A stretch of DNA of 63,887 nucleotides, filler included, from Hausera hauseri (lineage: Eukaryota), in assembly GCA_046269625.1 (NCBI GenBank). It is 12 parts of 12 records of this genome, joined end to end, with 100 filler letters (N's around TTAATTAATTAA, not from the genome) between each part and the next. Parts side by side here need not be neighbours in the genome. Positions count along the whole stretch, not along the records: positions 12,218 to 17,421 come from JBJURY010308387.1; positions 17,522 to 23,444 come from JBJURY010167753.1; positions 23,545 to 28,098 come from JBJURY010529788.1; 9 more parts are not named here. The stretch is one strand, 5' to 3'. Below, one piece after another: positions 12,118-24,140 of the stretch (its first letter is position 1; each line of letters opens with the position of its first letter). The notes below the pieces were generated by a model. The model made no database searches. It had not been told where the DNA came from and worked only from the letters and a program-made list of their open reading frames with translations. A program made the position numbers and the translations under genes.

Positions 12118-13211
12118 NNNNNNNNNNNNNNNNNNNNNNNNNNNNNNNNNNNNNNNNNNNNTTAATTAATTAANNNNNNNNNNNNNNNNNNNNNNNNNNN
12201 NNNNNNNNNNNNNNNNNTAAACGCATCCATTTCAAGGGGGGCTATAGGGTTTTGGGCCAGAACTCTCATTTTTCCTCTACTATAGCACTTGCTTTGTTAG
12301 AATGCCGCAAATCAATGTAATGATTCCGTTAGCATTTATATCAAACTTGCTTTGCATTGAAGTCCATTATCACCGAATATATGTCTATATCCTTGTCCCA
12401 TTCGAATTTGGTGAAGTGAAAATAGTAATTTTCACTAAATTGCATAAAGTCCGGAATTGAAAAAATTAAAATAATTGAATGAATGCACGGTGAAAAAAGT
12501 CTCTGAGGAGTAAACTGTGCAGGTTTCTACATTCCATTGTCCTAAATGTGACGTATATGTGAAATCTTATACATATATATAACCATATATTACACAACAT
12601 ACCTCCATATTGTGTAATATGTGTGCGAGTATGGGGCTTCGACCCCTGGACCTCCGGCTAGGGGCTGTGCCCCTTTGTAACCCCCTGTTGGGACCTCGAA
12701 ATAGTATTGCCTTTTAACTATATCGGGCGTTCCGTGGGCATATTTTCGTTTGTTTTTTCCTTTTTGTTTGGTACATCTTTGATTTTTGTTGCACTTTTCT
12801 TGTTTTGTGGATTTGGTACGGTTTCTTCTTTTTGTGTTTGTTTGTTTTTTTCTTTTTCGTGCTTCTTCAGTTTTTGTAGTTTTAAGGTTTCATCTTACAA
12901 AAATACTATTAACAAAATTATAAAATAACAATCGACAACATCACAGATTCGGCCAAAATAAAATACATCAAAAACAAATAAAATCACGGATTCGGTAAAC
13001 ATCAAAATTTCACCCATACAAAACAACATAAAAAACATACAAACTAAAAATCAAAAAGGGGATTGCAAGTGCTGAGGCAATCAGCACTTGTAGCCAACAA
13101 AAGTCACTAAACAAAATCTGTGGATTTAAACTCGTTTGCTTAAATACGCAGTTTAAAAATCAGTTGTAAAGTTTCAATACAAAGTAATCTTTCACAAAAT
13201 ATCCACACACA

Positions 13212-13814
13212 ATGTCGGAAATCTTGAACACCATCGGAAAAGCATGTACAACGGAGAAATCAACCATGCTTGTGCCGCTTCCCACCAACCCAAAGATCAG
13301 TGAACCCACCACCCGAAAACAGGCTTCAGGAATCACAGCGAAACAGGAGGTCAATAAAATCACTAATTTGACTCCAGGATACCGGATCCCTAAACGATCC
13401 CAATCCGAACTGGAGAGAAAGCAGGACCCAGATAACAATCCAACCTCGACCATCAAGCCCGAGCAGCCATGCCCGACCCAGCGAGACGCCGTTTCCCGCA
13501 GAAAACGACACCGCATCCGGGATTGTCAAGCTCCGTGCCGTTATGACTCTGATTATCAGACGGTACGGGAGTTGCTGCAGCGGAGCCGTTTCGTGCGGCA
13601 CCTCAGCAGACTAGACGAGAACGATCTATACTGCCTCCCGACAGGACATCTTAAAAGATTCTACGCCGATGGAGACAGCCGACGGTTGTTCGACTCCTCC
13701 GCCTTCCTACCAGTCTTTATAAGACTGATGGCAGCTATAGATTTGCTTTTCGAATCTCTGGTTCCATCTGAGAGCCAGTTGATTCCAGAACGTAGAATTC
13801 CTAAACTGCAGTAG
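13212..13814 (+). CDS. Unknown protein, repeated gene family copy 1
   Basis: 200-aa ORF with a core about 70% identical (48/69 aa by hand) to ORF 39736-40134. Similarity continues past the stop to ~14010, followed by AATAAA. Confidence 0.7.
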   Translation: MSEILNTIGKACTTEKSTMLVPLPTNPKISEPTTRKQASGITAKQEVNKITNLTPGYRIPKRSQSELERKQDPDNNPTSTIKPEQPCPTQRDAVSRRKRHRIRDCQAPCRYDSDYQTVRELLQRSRFVRHLSRLDENDLYCLPTGHLKRFYADGDSRRLFDSSAFLPVFIRLMAAIDLLFESLVPSESQLIPERRIPKLQ

Positions 13815-14427
13815 ACGACAACGTCGAGCTCAGACGACATGCCAGTCCCGCCTCGTAGACGCCGAGTAGTACCGATGCGAAGGGAAGCACCCAGACCACC
13901 ACCAGCCCGGACGATGTGCGGGTACCACCACAACGACTTCGCAGACTCGGATCGTCCCAATCCAGTACGAACAAATCGTATGCCTCGTTGAACGAGCTTA
14001 ATATGGAGCAAAATAAATGTTTTAAATCTTATTTCTTCTTTATTCTTTTGGCGTTTTATTCCGTGATTTTACTCGACCATTTCATAAATCGAAAAACCTC
14101 AAAACTAGTTTTTTTCTTTGGTTTTTGGCGCTTTTGTGATATTTTTCTGTTTTCTGATTTTTCCTTCCAGACAATTTCAATTGTAGAGGTTATATGTTAT
14201 GCTGCAGTTGTTGTAAACATTTAAGTATACATCATCGAACTATTATGACAAAAATTTTTGAAAAAGATCAGTTCAAATTGTGCAACAACTCAGTTTTAGG
14301 AAAAACTATACAGAATAAGAAATAGGCTGTAAATTGAGTTGGTCAACGACTGGACAAATACAAGAAATTAATTGCAAAGCCGCATTTTTTACATAGCACT
14401 ATATATTCGGAAAATTTTGCTAGTATC

Positions 14428-14627
14428 TGTGGTGCCCGAAACGGGCGACGCCCTCCGGCCCATTTGGTTGGACACGGCCGGGCGTCCGGTGCCGCCGCGT
14501 AGGGCCCATAGGCGGGCCTCAGATCTTCCGCCTCTAAAATTTCCGTGGATTTATTCAATAATACTTTCAAACCGCATCTGTCCTTCTTGGATTCACTTTT
14601 ATCCGGTCAACCATTGCTAACAACACA
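14428..14627 (+). repeat. Solo LTR-like sequence of the local gypsy family
   Basis: Starts TGTGGTGCCC and is closely similar over ~80 bp to the LTR start at 45053 (minus). Candidate end ...ACACA; no TSD confirmed. Confidence 0.65.
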
Positions 14628-15019
14628 TAATTGTTTCTTATACCAAAGAAAGATTATAAATATTGCAGTAAAGATAATACTCTAGACTTTTCGCATTCGA
14701 ATTTCACCATAATGTCATCGGCAAATAATTGCACAGTCAATGAAATCCCGATGTTGTTACAATGTTGTCTGTACAATTCAGATCCACAAACAGTGTCAGT
14801 GCCACACAAAAAGGCGTCATCATCACCATCATCACTTAACGAAATCAATTGTGATTACTCACGATCCCGCTGATCCGACTGTCAAAAGATGCCATCACAA
14901 ATACGGTCTTTCGCATCATCATTATCATCATCATCATCATAAACATTCAAATGATATTCTAATCAATCGAACACCTGTTACTGAGAGCTGTATTCCAAAG
15001 TGTTTGCATTATAATTCGA

Positions 15020-15630
15020 ATTCAAATGTTGCCATCAAAATCATTCGGAATCAAAGAAGATTCGTGCAACAAGCCGAGACAGATATTCGACTTCTGCGAA
15101 TGTTGGCCAGGTATCAGGAAGACCAAGATTTCATCAGCATGCAACATTGAGATGCTAACTGCATTGTTCGATTGAAAATTCATTTCATGTATCGAGGACA
15201 TTTGTGCCTTATGTTCGAATTGCTCACTTAGTCTGAATGAGTTACTGAAAAATACCGGTTGCAGTAGAGTATCCCTAAGTTTGACAAGGAAGTTTGTACT
15301 GCAGCTGTGTTCAGCACTCCATTTTCTTAGTCAGCCATCACTACAGATTGTACATTGTGACTTAAAACCCGAAAATGTTCTATTAGTTCATCCTCGACCG
15401 TCTACCATTAAAGTTTTAGATTTTGGCAGTTCTTGTCGACTAACGAATGACTCTATGTTAACATTCAGTCTCGATTTTACAGAGCTCCAGATGTTTTATT
15501 GTATCTTCCATACAATATGGCCATTTACATGTGGTCACTCGGCTGTGTTTTGGTTAAGCTGCACACAGGCCATCCACTGTTTGTCGGTCAGTGTGAGCAT
15601 GGACAAATACAAAGAATTATCGATTATTGG
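15020..15630 (+). pseudogene. DYRK1: DYRK1/minibrain-like kinase fragment, disrupted
   Basis: [76 protein letters not shown]. Stops and frameshifts; no introns seen. Confidence 0.88.
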
Positions 15631-16899
15631 ATATTATTTACGACATCTCAAATTCAAACGTTATTACTTTGGATCGCAGCAAAATAAACGTCTCAATGAC
15701 TTGTTTTTATGCAGCAGATTCTGAGCAACATCATCCGAACAATTTGAAGATGTTAAATATCAATGAAAACAGTTTAGGCAAAATAATTGTGAATTTTTTA
15801 AGTTCCGGTAATACAAACTTTTCACTTGTATATNNNNNNNNNNCTTTACAAATTACAGTATTTGCTTATGATGCCTATCAGAAGGCCGTGTATTCAAAAG
15901 AACATGTCCTGCCACATTTCAAATACTCAGTGAAGCAACTTTTATTTATTAAATTAACACAGATCTTTTGTTCCAACATTAAAGAAAGTTATATAAATCA
16001 ACTCCATAAGAAAAATGAATTAATCGACAAAGATATCGTTAATTTTCTGATGCAACTGCATTCATTCAGAGATGCTTTTCAGTGCTATAGAAATTCCAAT
16101 TATACCAAAAATCAGTGTTGTAAATTTATTTTTTGATATATTTTCTGTATATTTTTTTGAATGGGCATGGTCTGATTTTATATATTTCATTGTAGTGCAT
16201 TTTCAGAAAATGATTGAGTTATTGAAAAGTTGTTGTTTAATAATATACACTTTCAACTTTTTGAATTTGATGTGAAATTACTTCCGTCATATTAAACGAA
16301 TTTGGTTATTTTTAAAGAATTTGCTGTTCTGATTTTTTTTAGTTTGAATCTGTCATTTTAGACAGATGATTGTGTTTTAATTTGAAGTCATCTCTACGAT
16401 ACTTTTCCTGAATTCGTTTGGATTTCACTTTTTTTTTAGAAAAAGAGATGAGTTAGTTCGCGTTATACAATGTTAAATGCAATCCAATCTATTGTTTTTG
16501 ATGAGTTCTACCTTAGTATTTTCATTGAAATTCCTCATGAGTGGACCGATTTTTTCGAATTTTCTGTTGGTTTTGCGGACACTCCCGGCGAAAGTCACAC
16601 TGGGAAATTCTATACTGTTGGTAGAACATTCAGATTTTGACAATTTAAAACGATTTCTCAAACCCTCAAATTCCCGATAAATTATCGACACAGAAGTTAT
16701 TTAATTATTTAGATGGGAACATTATCGACAGACGGAAGGTTGATTTAGAAAGATTTTTGATGAAAGATTAATTCAGAGCTAGTTCATTACTCAAAAGAAA
16801 ATTTACCAAAAACGTCGTTGGATTTTCGCTGTAAAGCTAAGTGGGATAGTGGTGGATTCGTTCCAGAGACACGTAGCTGCATTGAGCATCAACGAATCA

Positions 16900-17250
16900 A
16901 TAATAACAATACGAGTAAATCGGTGTCGGGTATTTTGATGTTGATGATTAGTGATAATTTCCGCCAAAATGGGTTTACGAATAATGATGGGAAATTTCAA
17001 TTTAGTAATTTGTTACCAGGGAAATACTATTTATGACCAATTATTGAAGGAATATCAGAGGAAATGACAATTCGGGAAATTCGTGCATCATTTAGTGTTT
17101 ATGGGAAAATTATTTCAATGAGTAATGAACCAGAAATTGCCGTAATCGTTGAGTTGCATCCATTGCAAATGGATTATGAAAACAATTCGTCATTGGTCTG
17201 TAAAATGGACTTGTTGCGTATAGAACATGAAGTGACAGATGAAAAAACAT
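16900..17250 (+). pseudogene. NOMO: Nodal modulator (NOMO)-like fragment
   Basis: SGILMLM...FRQNGFTNNDGKFQFSNLLPGKYYL and FSVYGKIISMSNEPE...VTDE match the NOMO C-terminal repeats. Interrupted by a stop and a deletion. Confidence 0.65.
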
Positions 17251-17779
17251 TACATGCGGGGGCCTCGGCTACCCCGAAGTTTGCGGTCGCCGTGGCGAGA
17301 CCAAATTCCCGGTCACCCACTCTATACCATTGGGTCAGGCGGCACCGTTTTCTGACGCCCCACGACACGCCCCCGGCTACACGATATGGTTTATGCCTGT
17401 TCTAATTTTTTGTTCAACGTCNNNNNNNNNNNNNNNNNNNNNNNNNNNNNNNNNNNNNNNNNNNNTTAATTAATTAANNNNNNNNNNNNNNNNNNNNNNN
17501 NNNNNNNNNNNNNNNNNNNNNATATTTATATTTAGAAATTTTAATATTTTTAATATTTACTAAACAGAAGGTTTACCATGAATCTAGATATGTAACAAAA
17601 TACATAAAAACAATTTTTAATTTTTAATACATTTTTTATACTTTAACGGATAGTTTGGAACGAAATTTAAATCCAGGTTTGGTTTGTCAGTTTCCAATGA
17701 ATGCCATTCTTTTATAATTTTTTAATGTATTGTTTTAAGTTTTTTAAAAGCCCATCGTGGAAGACGAAATAGGGTTGAT

Positions 17780-20700
17780 CGAGACACATTTGATGACGAT
17801 TTCCGATTTGTGACAGATTCGATTGTGACAGATTTGGTGAATTTCATGAAGATTTCGGATAAATTCATTGTTTTGGAAAATTGGACGACCGCCGGACAAA
17901 CCAGAACTGGCAGGCATCGAGTAGCTAAACGCTTGCTGTCAGTGGTGGTGACGTCACAACAGCGGCAACACACCACCTCCTGCAACAAAAAGACAGTATA
18001 ATAGAGAGCGAAAATATGAAGAAAAAATCGCAAAAAGGTAAAGGATTTGCTTTCTACTCGGGTTTTGTATGTACAAGACGTCGATATTTTGCTCCTTATT
18101 GTATTAACTGAGAGTAACTCTACGTGGTCTGTTTTCGTTTGATATGTTTGTTTGCAGAGGTTTACGTAAGGGTGAAAACTCTGTCGTATTTTTGGGCTCA
18201 TTGTTTTGTGTTGAAGAAAGTGAAAGTTATGATGAAAGATTAGTTAAAGAAATGGAGGAAGAAGGTGAGAAATGAGGAATTGAATGTGAGGAATTGGAAG
18301 TTGGAGCGGAAATTGGATCATGTGGTGAAGTAAGGTTTGTTGCGTTGGATGAAAAAGGAGCAGTAGCAAAAGAATCAAGAAAAGCGTCAGTGGAGTTGAA
18401 GTTGTTTTGTGTATTATCAGTAGAATCATCAACAAAAAGGCTGGTTTTAAGTATGTGATGAGAAAAATTTGCTCTTTGCCACTTTTGAGAATCGTAGCTG
18501 TATGAGAGGATAAAGTCAAGAGTTTGAATGGTTCAAAATATTGTGGTTGGATTTTAAAAAGTTTGACTCAAAATGTGGACCTTGATCTGTAATTATGAAA
18601 CGAAATGAGCCAAACTTGCTCATTCAAGTTTTGATAAAGACCACATCTATGGTGTCCGTGTTTGCGGAGTGTAATAGAATGTCCTCTGGCCATCGAGGAG
18701 AAAGATACATCATGGTGAGTATGAAATGATGGACGAAGAGGGCTGACTAGGTCTACATGAACGGATTCAGAACGCGACGTTCAAGAAAAATGATACAATG
18801 GTGGCTTCAAATGCTTGTTTATTTTGAATTTTTGGCATGCCACGTACTCCGTAACCCAAGCCTGTACATTTCATCTCATCGACGGCCATGCAGCGGAATG
18901 GACCGGATGATGAAGAGAATGAACGCTATGGAATGCAGTTTTCTGCAAAGATGAATACAGTACTGGTTTGTGATTATCGGTTTTAGAAGTGTCATAAGCA
19001 ATTCTGTCAATGATTTGGTGTGATTTAAAGGATATAACAATATCCCGCGTTGATGCGTTTTGCTCAAGCTCTGCCTATGAAAAAATCGGGCTGACTACAA
19101 AATGTTAACTGATCTTGACAAAAAAATCAGTTCCCGAAATATGTACCATTTTAAAATTGAATGTCAACAAGTATGATATGTGACGTTCTTGTCGATGTGA
19201 AAAAGTTTCCATATTCATGCTGCGAATCATTGGTTTGCGGTATGTTTGGATGGTGAAAGATCTGGCAATTAGTAGGTACGAGAAATGTTTTAAGGCTAAA
19301 ACAATAGTTAGGAGCTCTCTGTCGAAAGTTGAGTAACCACTTTTTGGTGGTGAAAGTTTCCGAGACTAAAACTCCAGGGTCTTGTTGATGCCATTAGAAA
19401 TTTGATGCAGTATTGCACTGACTGCTGTGGTAGAGGCGTCTGTGGTTAATATTAGTTTTGCATCAGGTTTGGGGTATGCTAGAGTTTCAACGGTTTTCAA
19501 ACCATCACGTAAATGGTGAACTTGGTTGACAAGTTCATGCGTCCAGTGAATTAATTACTTATTTTTTCCAGATGATAGAAATGCAAAAAGTGCGGTTAAT
19601 TCGGCGCAATGCGTCACGTATTTGTGAATGAAATGGAATGTGCCACGAAAAGAGTGCATTTATTTGTTGTTTATGGCAGTTGGATGTTTCAAAGCTGAGT
19701 TATGCGGTCTTGTTGAGAAGAGTGGTCAAATTTGGTGATGACGTGACCAAGGAAGTGGATCTTCTTTGTCGGAAAAAGGATTTGGCGAAATTTGCTTCTA
19801 AATTATTTTGATGAAGGCGTTGAAAGACTAAGCGTAAATGCTCAGAATGTTGTTTAGGAGATGACGAAGCTATGAGAATATCATCTATGTAAGGAAATGC
19901 GAACTTTAAACCAGCAAGGAGTGAGTCAATGTGCCTTTTAAATGTTTGTGAGACACTATGCAGACCGAAAGGCATGAAAGTCGAAATGTATTGTGACAAC
20001 CGCTTTTGGTATGTCAGCAGGTGAACCAGGAATCTGATGGTAGGTTTTACGAAAATCGACGGATGAAAATATGATGTTGCCATTGAGTCAGTGTAGGATA
20101 TCGTTGATAAGCCGTAATGGATATGCATCCATTACCGTAATGGTGTTCAAATGGCGATAATCACCACAGGGCCTGAAAGTACCGTACGTCTTTTGGCACT
20201 ACGTGTGGAGACGAGGCCAAAGATGATTTTGATCTTCTTATGATGCCGGCTTTTTCTAATTCATTGAACGCTGATTCTACAGCATTGCGTCTGCGTGGCG
20301 AAAGTGGCCTAACCTTCTGTTTGACTGGCCTTTGGAGTTCAGTGACGATGTGATGGTACGTAGTAGAGACAGGCTTAAAATTGGGATTTTTCTTTAACTT
20401 TCTTGGACAAGAATTAGTGATGTTGTCATGAAGAGGTACATCCAGTGCATAAATGGAGATTAGGGCTGAGAGGTCATGTCTGTGTTGGCAATTGTTTTTG
20501 TTATTACTGAATGAATAGAAGCGTCACAATAGGAGTTGTCAACACTCAATTTATCTCGTTTAATAATAGATTTCTTTAATATAGACTTCGGTATTACAAT
20601 CAACTGCACGACAAGTGGTGCATTATTTTGTGATTTTGTATGATTGATTGAATTTTTGATCACACGATGCTGTCTGCAGTCGATCAGCAAGTCGTAGTGC

Positions 20701-21300
20701 GATAAAAATCAGACCCTAAGATTGGTGTTTTGATACCTGCAACAATGAACTTCCATTGAAAGATATCAGAAAAATGTGGTAGGGTGAAAGACATTTCTAA
20801 AGCACCAAAAATGGGCAATTCTTACGGTGATGTGAAAGATGAAGACAGTAATGTAACAGCTGAACCTAAATCGATCATAAATTTTGTATTGTATGGGAAA
20901 GATGTGAGCACAGCATCCAATAAGAAAACGCTGTTGGTAAAAGTACGGCATTCAAAACGGAACGGATAGCCTTTGCCAGAATTTGCGGCAGTTTCGGGTG
21001 GATTTATGTATTTTGTTGACTGTGAAGCAGAAGTAACTGAAGTGTTCTGGGAGTAAAACTTATACCGGAGTAGGCAGAGTTTTTCATTGTCTTCAAACTT
21101 ACTGTGGTAGATGCACACTACATCATGTGATTGGAAATTCTGTGTATAGAACTTACAGCCTATACAGCACTTTTAGTATCTCCATTGAATTTGGTGTGAC
21201 AATAGCACACCATTTGTCGCGAAAGTGACTGGGCGTGCCTACAGTTCGCAGACGACTGTCTGCTTCGATGCGTTATTTGACGCCGGAAACGGGAGGGAAT
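17780..21300 (-). mobile_element. Ty3/gypsy element, heavily degenerate (gag end-PR-RT-RH-INT-PPT-LTR start)
   Basis: MIDLGSAVTLL (decayed DTG), ILGSDF, RPCGDYR, MPFGL..QTFKRH, YIDDILIAS, TTDAS, YSTFDREL. PPT ggaggtggtg is followed by TGT near 17970. Confidence 0.88.
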
Positions 21301-22579
21301 ATATAACTTGGTTGAGTTTAATCTCCGTCCTTTCAGATGGGGAATTTTCTTGCGATTAATAGCTTTGCTATCAATTATTTCATAAGTTCGTTGCAAACTT
21401 TCCAGAAATACAATAATACAGCCAATGACAAATTGGAAGTTTACGAGATCTGTTTCATATCTTATATTATCACGTAAAATCGAACCTAAACTTTTTCGAA
21501 TGTCAAGGAAACTTTCTTGCAAATCATGATTATTTCCAGATTGTTGGCAGTGTGCGCATCCACGCCGTTCACGTCACCGCCCAGCCGGGGTAGGGTTGGA
21601 AAACCCCCGACCCCAGGTCTTTCTGTTGAATCAGAATGGGGTCGTTTGAGATTACTCATTGAAAAGTAAACACCAGTAGAAATTTTTACTATAATCCAAA
21701 TTATTTATTTTGAAACAAATTTTCCAAATTTAAATTAGATTTTCACTATTACGTTAAAATTTTAATTAATTAATTTTAATTAAATTTTTAACCAATTCCA
21801 AATTGGAATCTCAATTTAAATTTAAAAATGTTTCTTATTTAAATTTAGAACTTCTGTTCTCAATTATATCCTCACACTACCCAAGCTGGGAGATGAGGTG
21901 GGTGGCACGGACACGTCCGCGGCCAACAGTCGATGTGAGAACAGTATGTATTGCGATGACTGTCGTATGTTCAGGATCGCCCCAAACTCCTATAGGGAAT
22001 CTGGCGCAACTATTCGTCGCAATTTCTTGCTTCCTCCTTGAAGAAAATCGACTCGACTTGTTGTTCATTAAATTCACCATGGCCGATTTGATAACTCTAG
22101 ATGTTTTTGAACCGGAAAATTGCTTCTAAAAATTGCTGTTTTTTCTTCCGGCTTTCTTCCTTCTGCTGAAAGAAAAGGACCTCGTCTTGTTCAACAGTTA
22201 AACTCACCGTGTACCAAATAACAAAAGTACACGCATACTCGCATCAAGCACGACTGCTATTGGCCGAATATGGCGGGGTTTGCGCCATAATCCCCATTTT
22301 CAAATTACTTTGGCGATATTAATGAAGTGATTAAAAGGTAGAAGAAGCTAAGGAATAGAAAATACAGTTCCTCTGAGAAAGGAAACACGCAAAAAATTAA
22401 AAAAACATGTTTGATTACAATCAGACAATGCAAAATTCAGAAAAGATCGGATTCGAATAAAACGAATTCGGACTGGTTAGAGATGCAACAAAGTGGATCA
22501 TATTATCAGATAATGTAGGCAACAAGAAGAAATAATGTTTTGCCTGAAAAAACTACGAACACATAATGTACAAATGTCC

Positions 22580-23400
22580 AAATGTCAATTATGGATTTCG
22601 TCACAGACGGAACTATACTGAATATCGGTGCTATGCAAAAAGAAATCAATCAAGCAAATAGCTACAGAACACGAACACGCTTTGGTATAACTTCAAGAGT
22701 CATTAATGCTCTGGAACAAGTGAGGACGACATGCTGCAGATTTGAGACGATCACGGAGAGTTTGAAGATCGACTTGTAGAAAATTTTAAAATGTGCAATT
22801 TCCGACGCGAAGGAAGGTCATCCAAGGAATACATCAAAAACGAGTGTTTTTCTATGAATTCCTTTATAAAACAATCTAAATAATAATAGTATATCTAAAT
22901 GCATTGATAATGATTTTATATGTATGATTGAATATGAATATTTGAATGTTTGCCTGAATAAAAGTGTTGAATTTTTAGTGGTAGACCTAATTTAAAGATT
23001 TTACTTGATGGATACTATGTAGATTGTTTGTTAGATACTGGTTCGACTATAAATATTATAGATAAAAATGTTATGAAGAAGCAAGGTAAAGTTAAAATTG
23101 TTAGCTATTATATGTAACAAGGTGAATTGTGCAAATGAAAACAGCCTGACTGTCATAGGAGCGATCGTTGTAAATTAAAGACAACACTGATGCGATATCA
23201 AGCATTATGGAAATATGTGGTTTTGAAGCTAAGTACGAACAAGAAATGTTAAATGATTATACATCATAACAAAATACGCAATAGTTTTTATGGCTCATAA
23301 GTGGAGCATTGGGACGATCTATTTACTTAAACACGAGATTGCGACAACATCAGAACCTCGCAGACTCCAATCGATTTAGTTCACCGTGGAATTCACTGCT
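22580..23400 (+). mobile_element. Second gypsy-family remnant (gag end/protease/pol start)
   Basis: RPNLKILLDGYYVDCLLDTGSTINII at ~22985-23065, followed by VFM.HKWSIG..LLKHEIATTSEP, the typical pre-RT region. Confidence 0.65.
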
Positions 23401-23544
23401 AATATGTATATAGAATAATGAAAAAATCTTAGCAAGTTATGCTTNNNNNNNNNNNNNNNNNNNNNNNNNNNNNNNNNNNNNNNNNNNNTTAATTAATTAA
23501 NNNNNNNNNNNNNNNNNNNNNNNNNNNNNNNNNNNNNNNNNNNN

Positions 23545-23620
<76 letters not shown>
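23545..23620 (-). repeat. (TTA)n microsatellite 3' tail of the LINE
   Basis: About 25 perfect TAA units on the plus strand. On the minus strand they directly follow AATAAA. Confidence 0.92.
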
Positions 23621-24140
23621 TTATTTCCAACACAAAACACAAATACAATAATTTTTTCAGGAATACATATACACATACACATACAAATAGATTAGTTTTA
23701 CCAAAATTCTTTTTTTTTGTTGCGCGAGGTGGAAATTACCCTATCCAACTATGGTTAACCATGTCCTAGGATAGGTGATATCTTATAAATCTATGGTAAG
23801 TGAGCTCACATTAGTCAGTAGAAATAATTATCTATAATTATTTCTACAAAAACCAAATTACAATTCTTATAGTTTTCATATTCATTAGAAGTTATAAAAT
23901 AAATGAAATTAATTTAGTTACGTTACCTACATTTTCCCTTTTTTAAATAATACAACTACATAGATAAAGAATTGCATGCTCATACACAAAAACATCCCAA
24001 TAAACACAATATCCAATAATTAATTAAAAATAATATTCAGAATATTGAAAAATATATATTCGCAAACACTCATAAATTTTCCTATGTTATATTTTTTCAT
24101 TTTTACATGTATGCATTTTTCTCTAAAATCAAATAAATTT

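Noticed and set aside
14428-14510. Conserved GC-rich motif (also 44970-45053 and 9340-9399) as a ribozyme or structured ncRNA
   Set aside because: Two copies start with TGTGGTGCC right after a polypurine tract at the 3' end of gypsy pol, so it is the LTR U3 start. Predicted pairings also differ between copies.
23497-23682. Poly-Leu ORF
   Set aside because: It is a translation of the (TTA)n LINE tail plus Ns.
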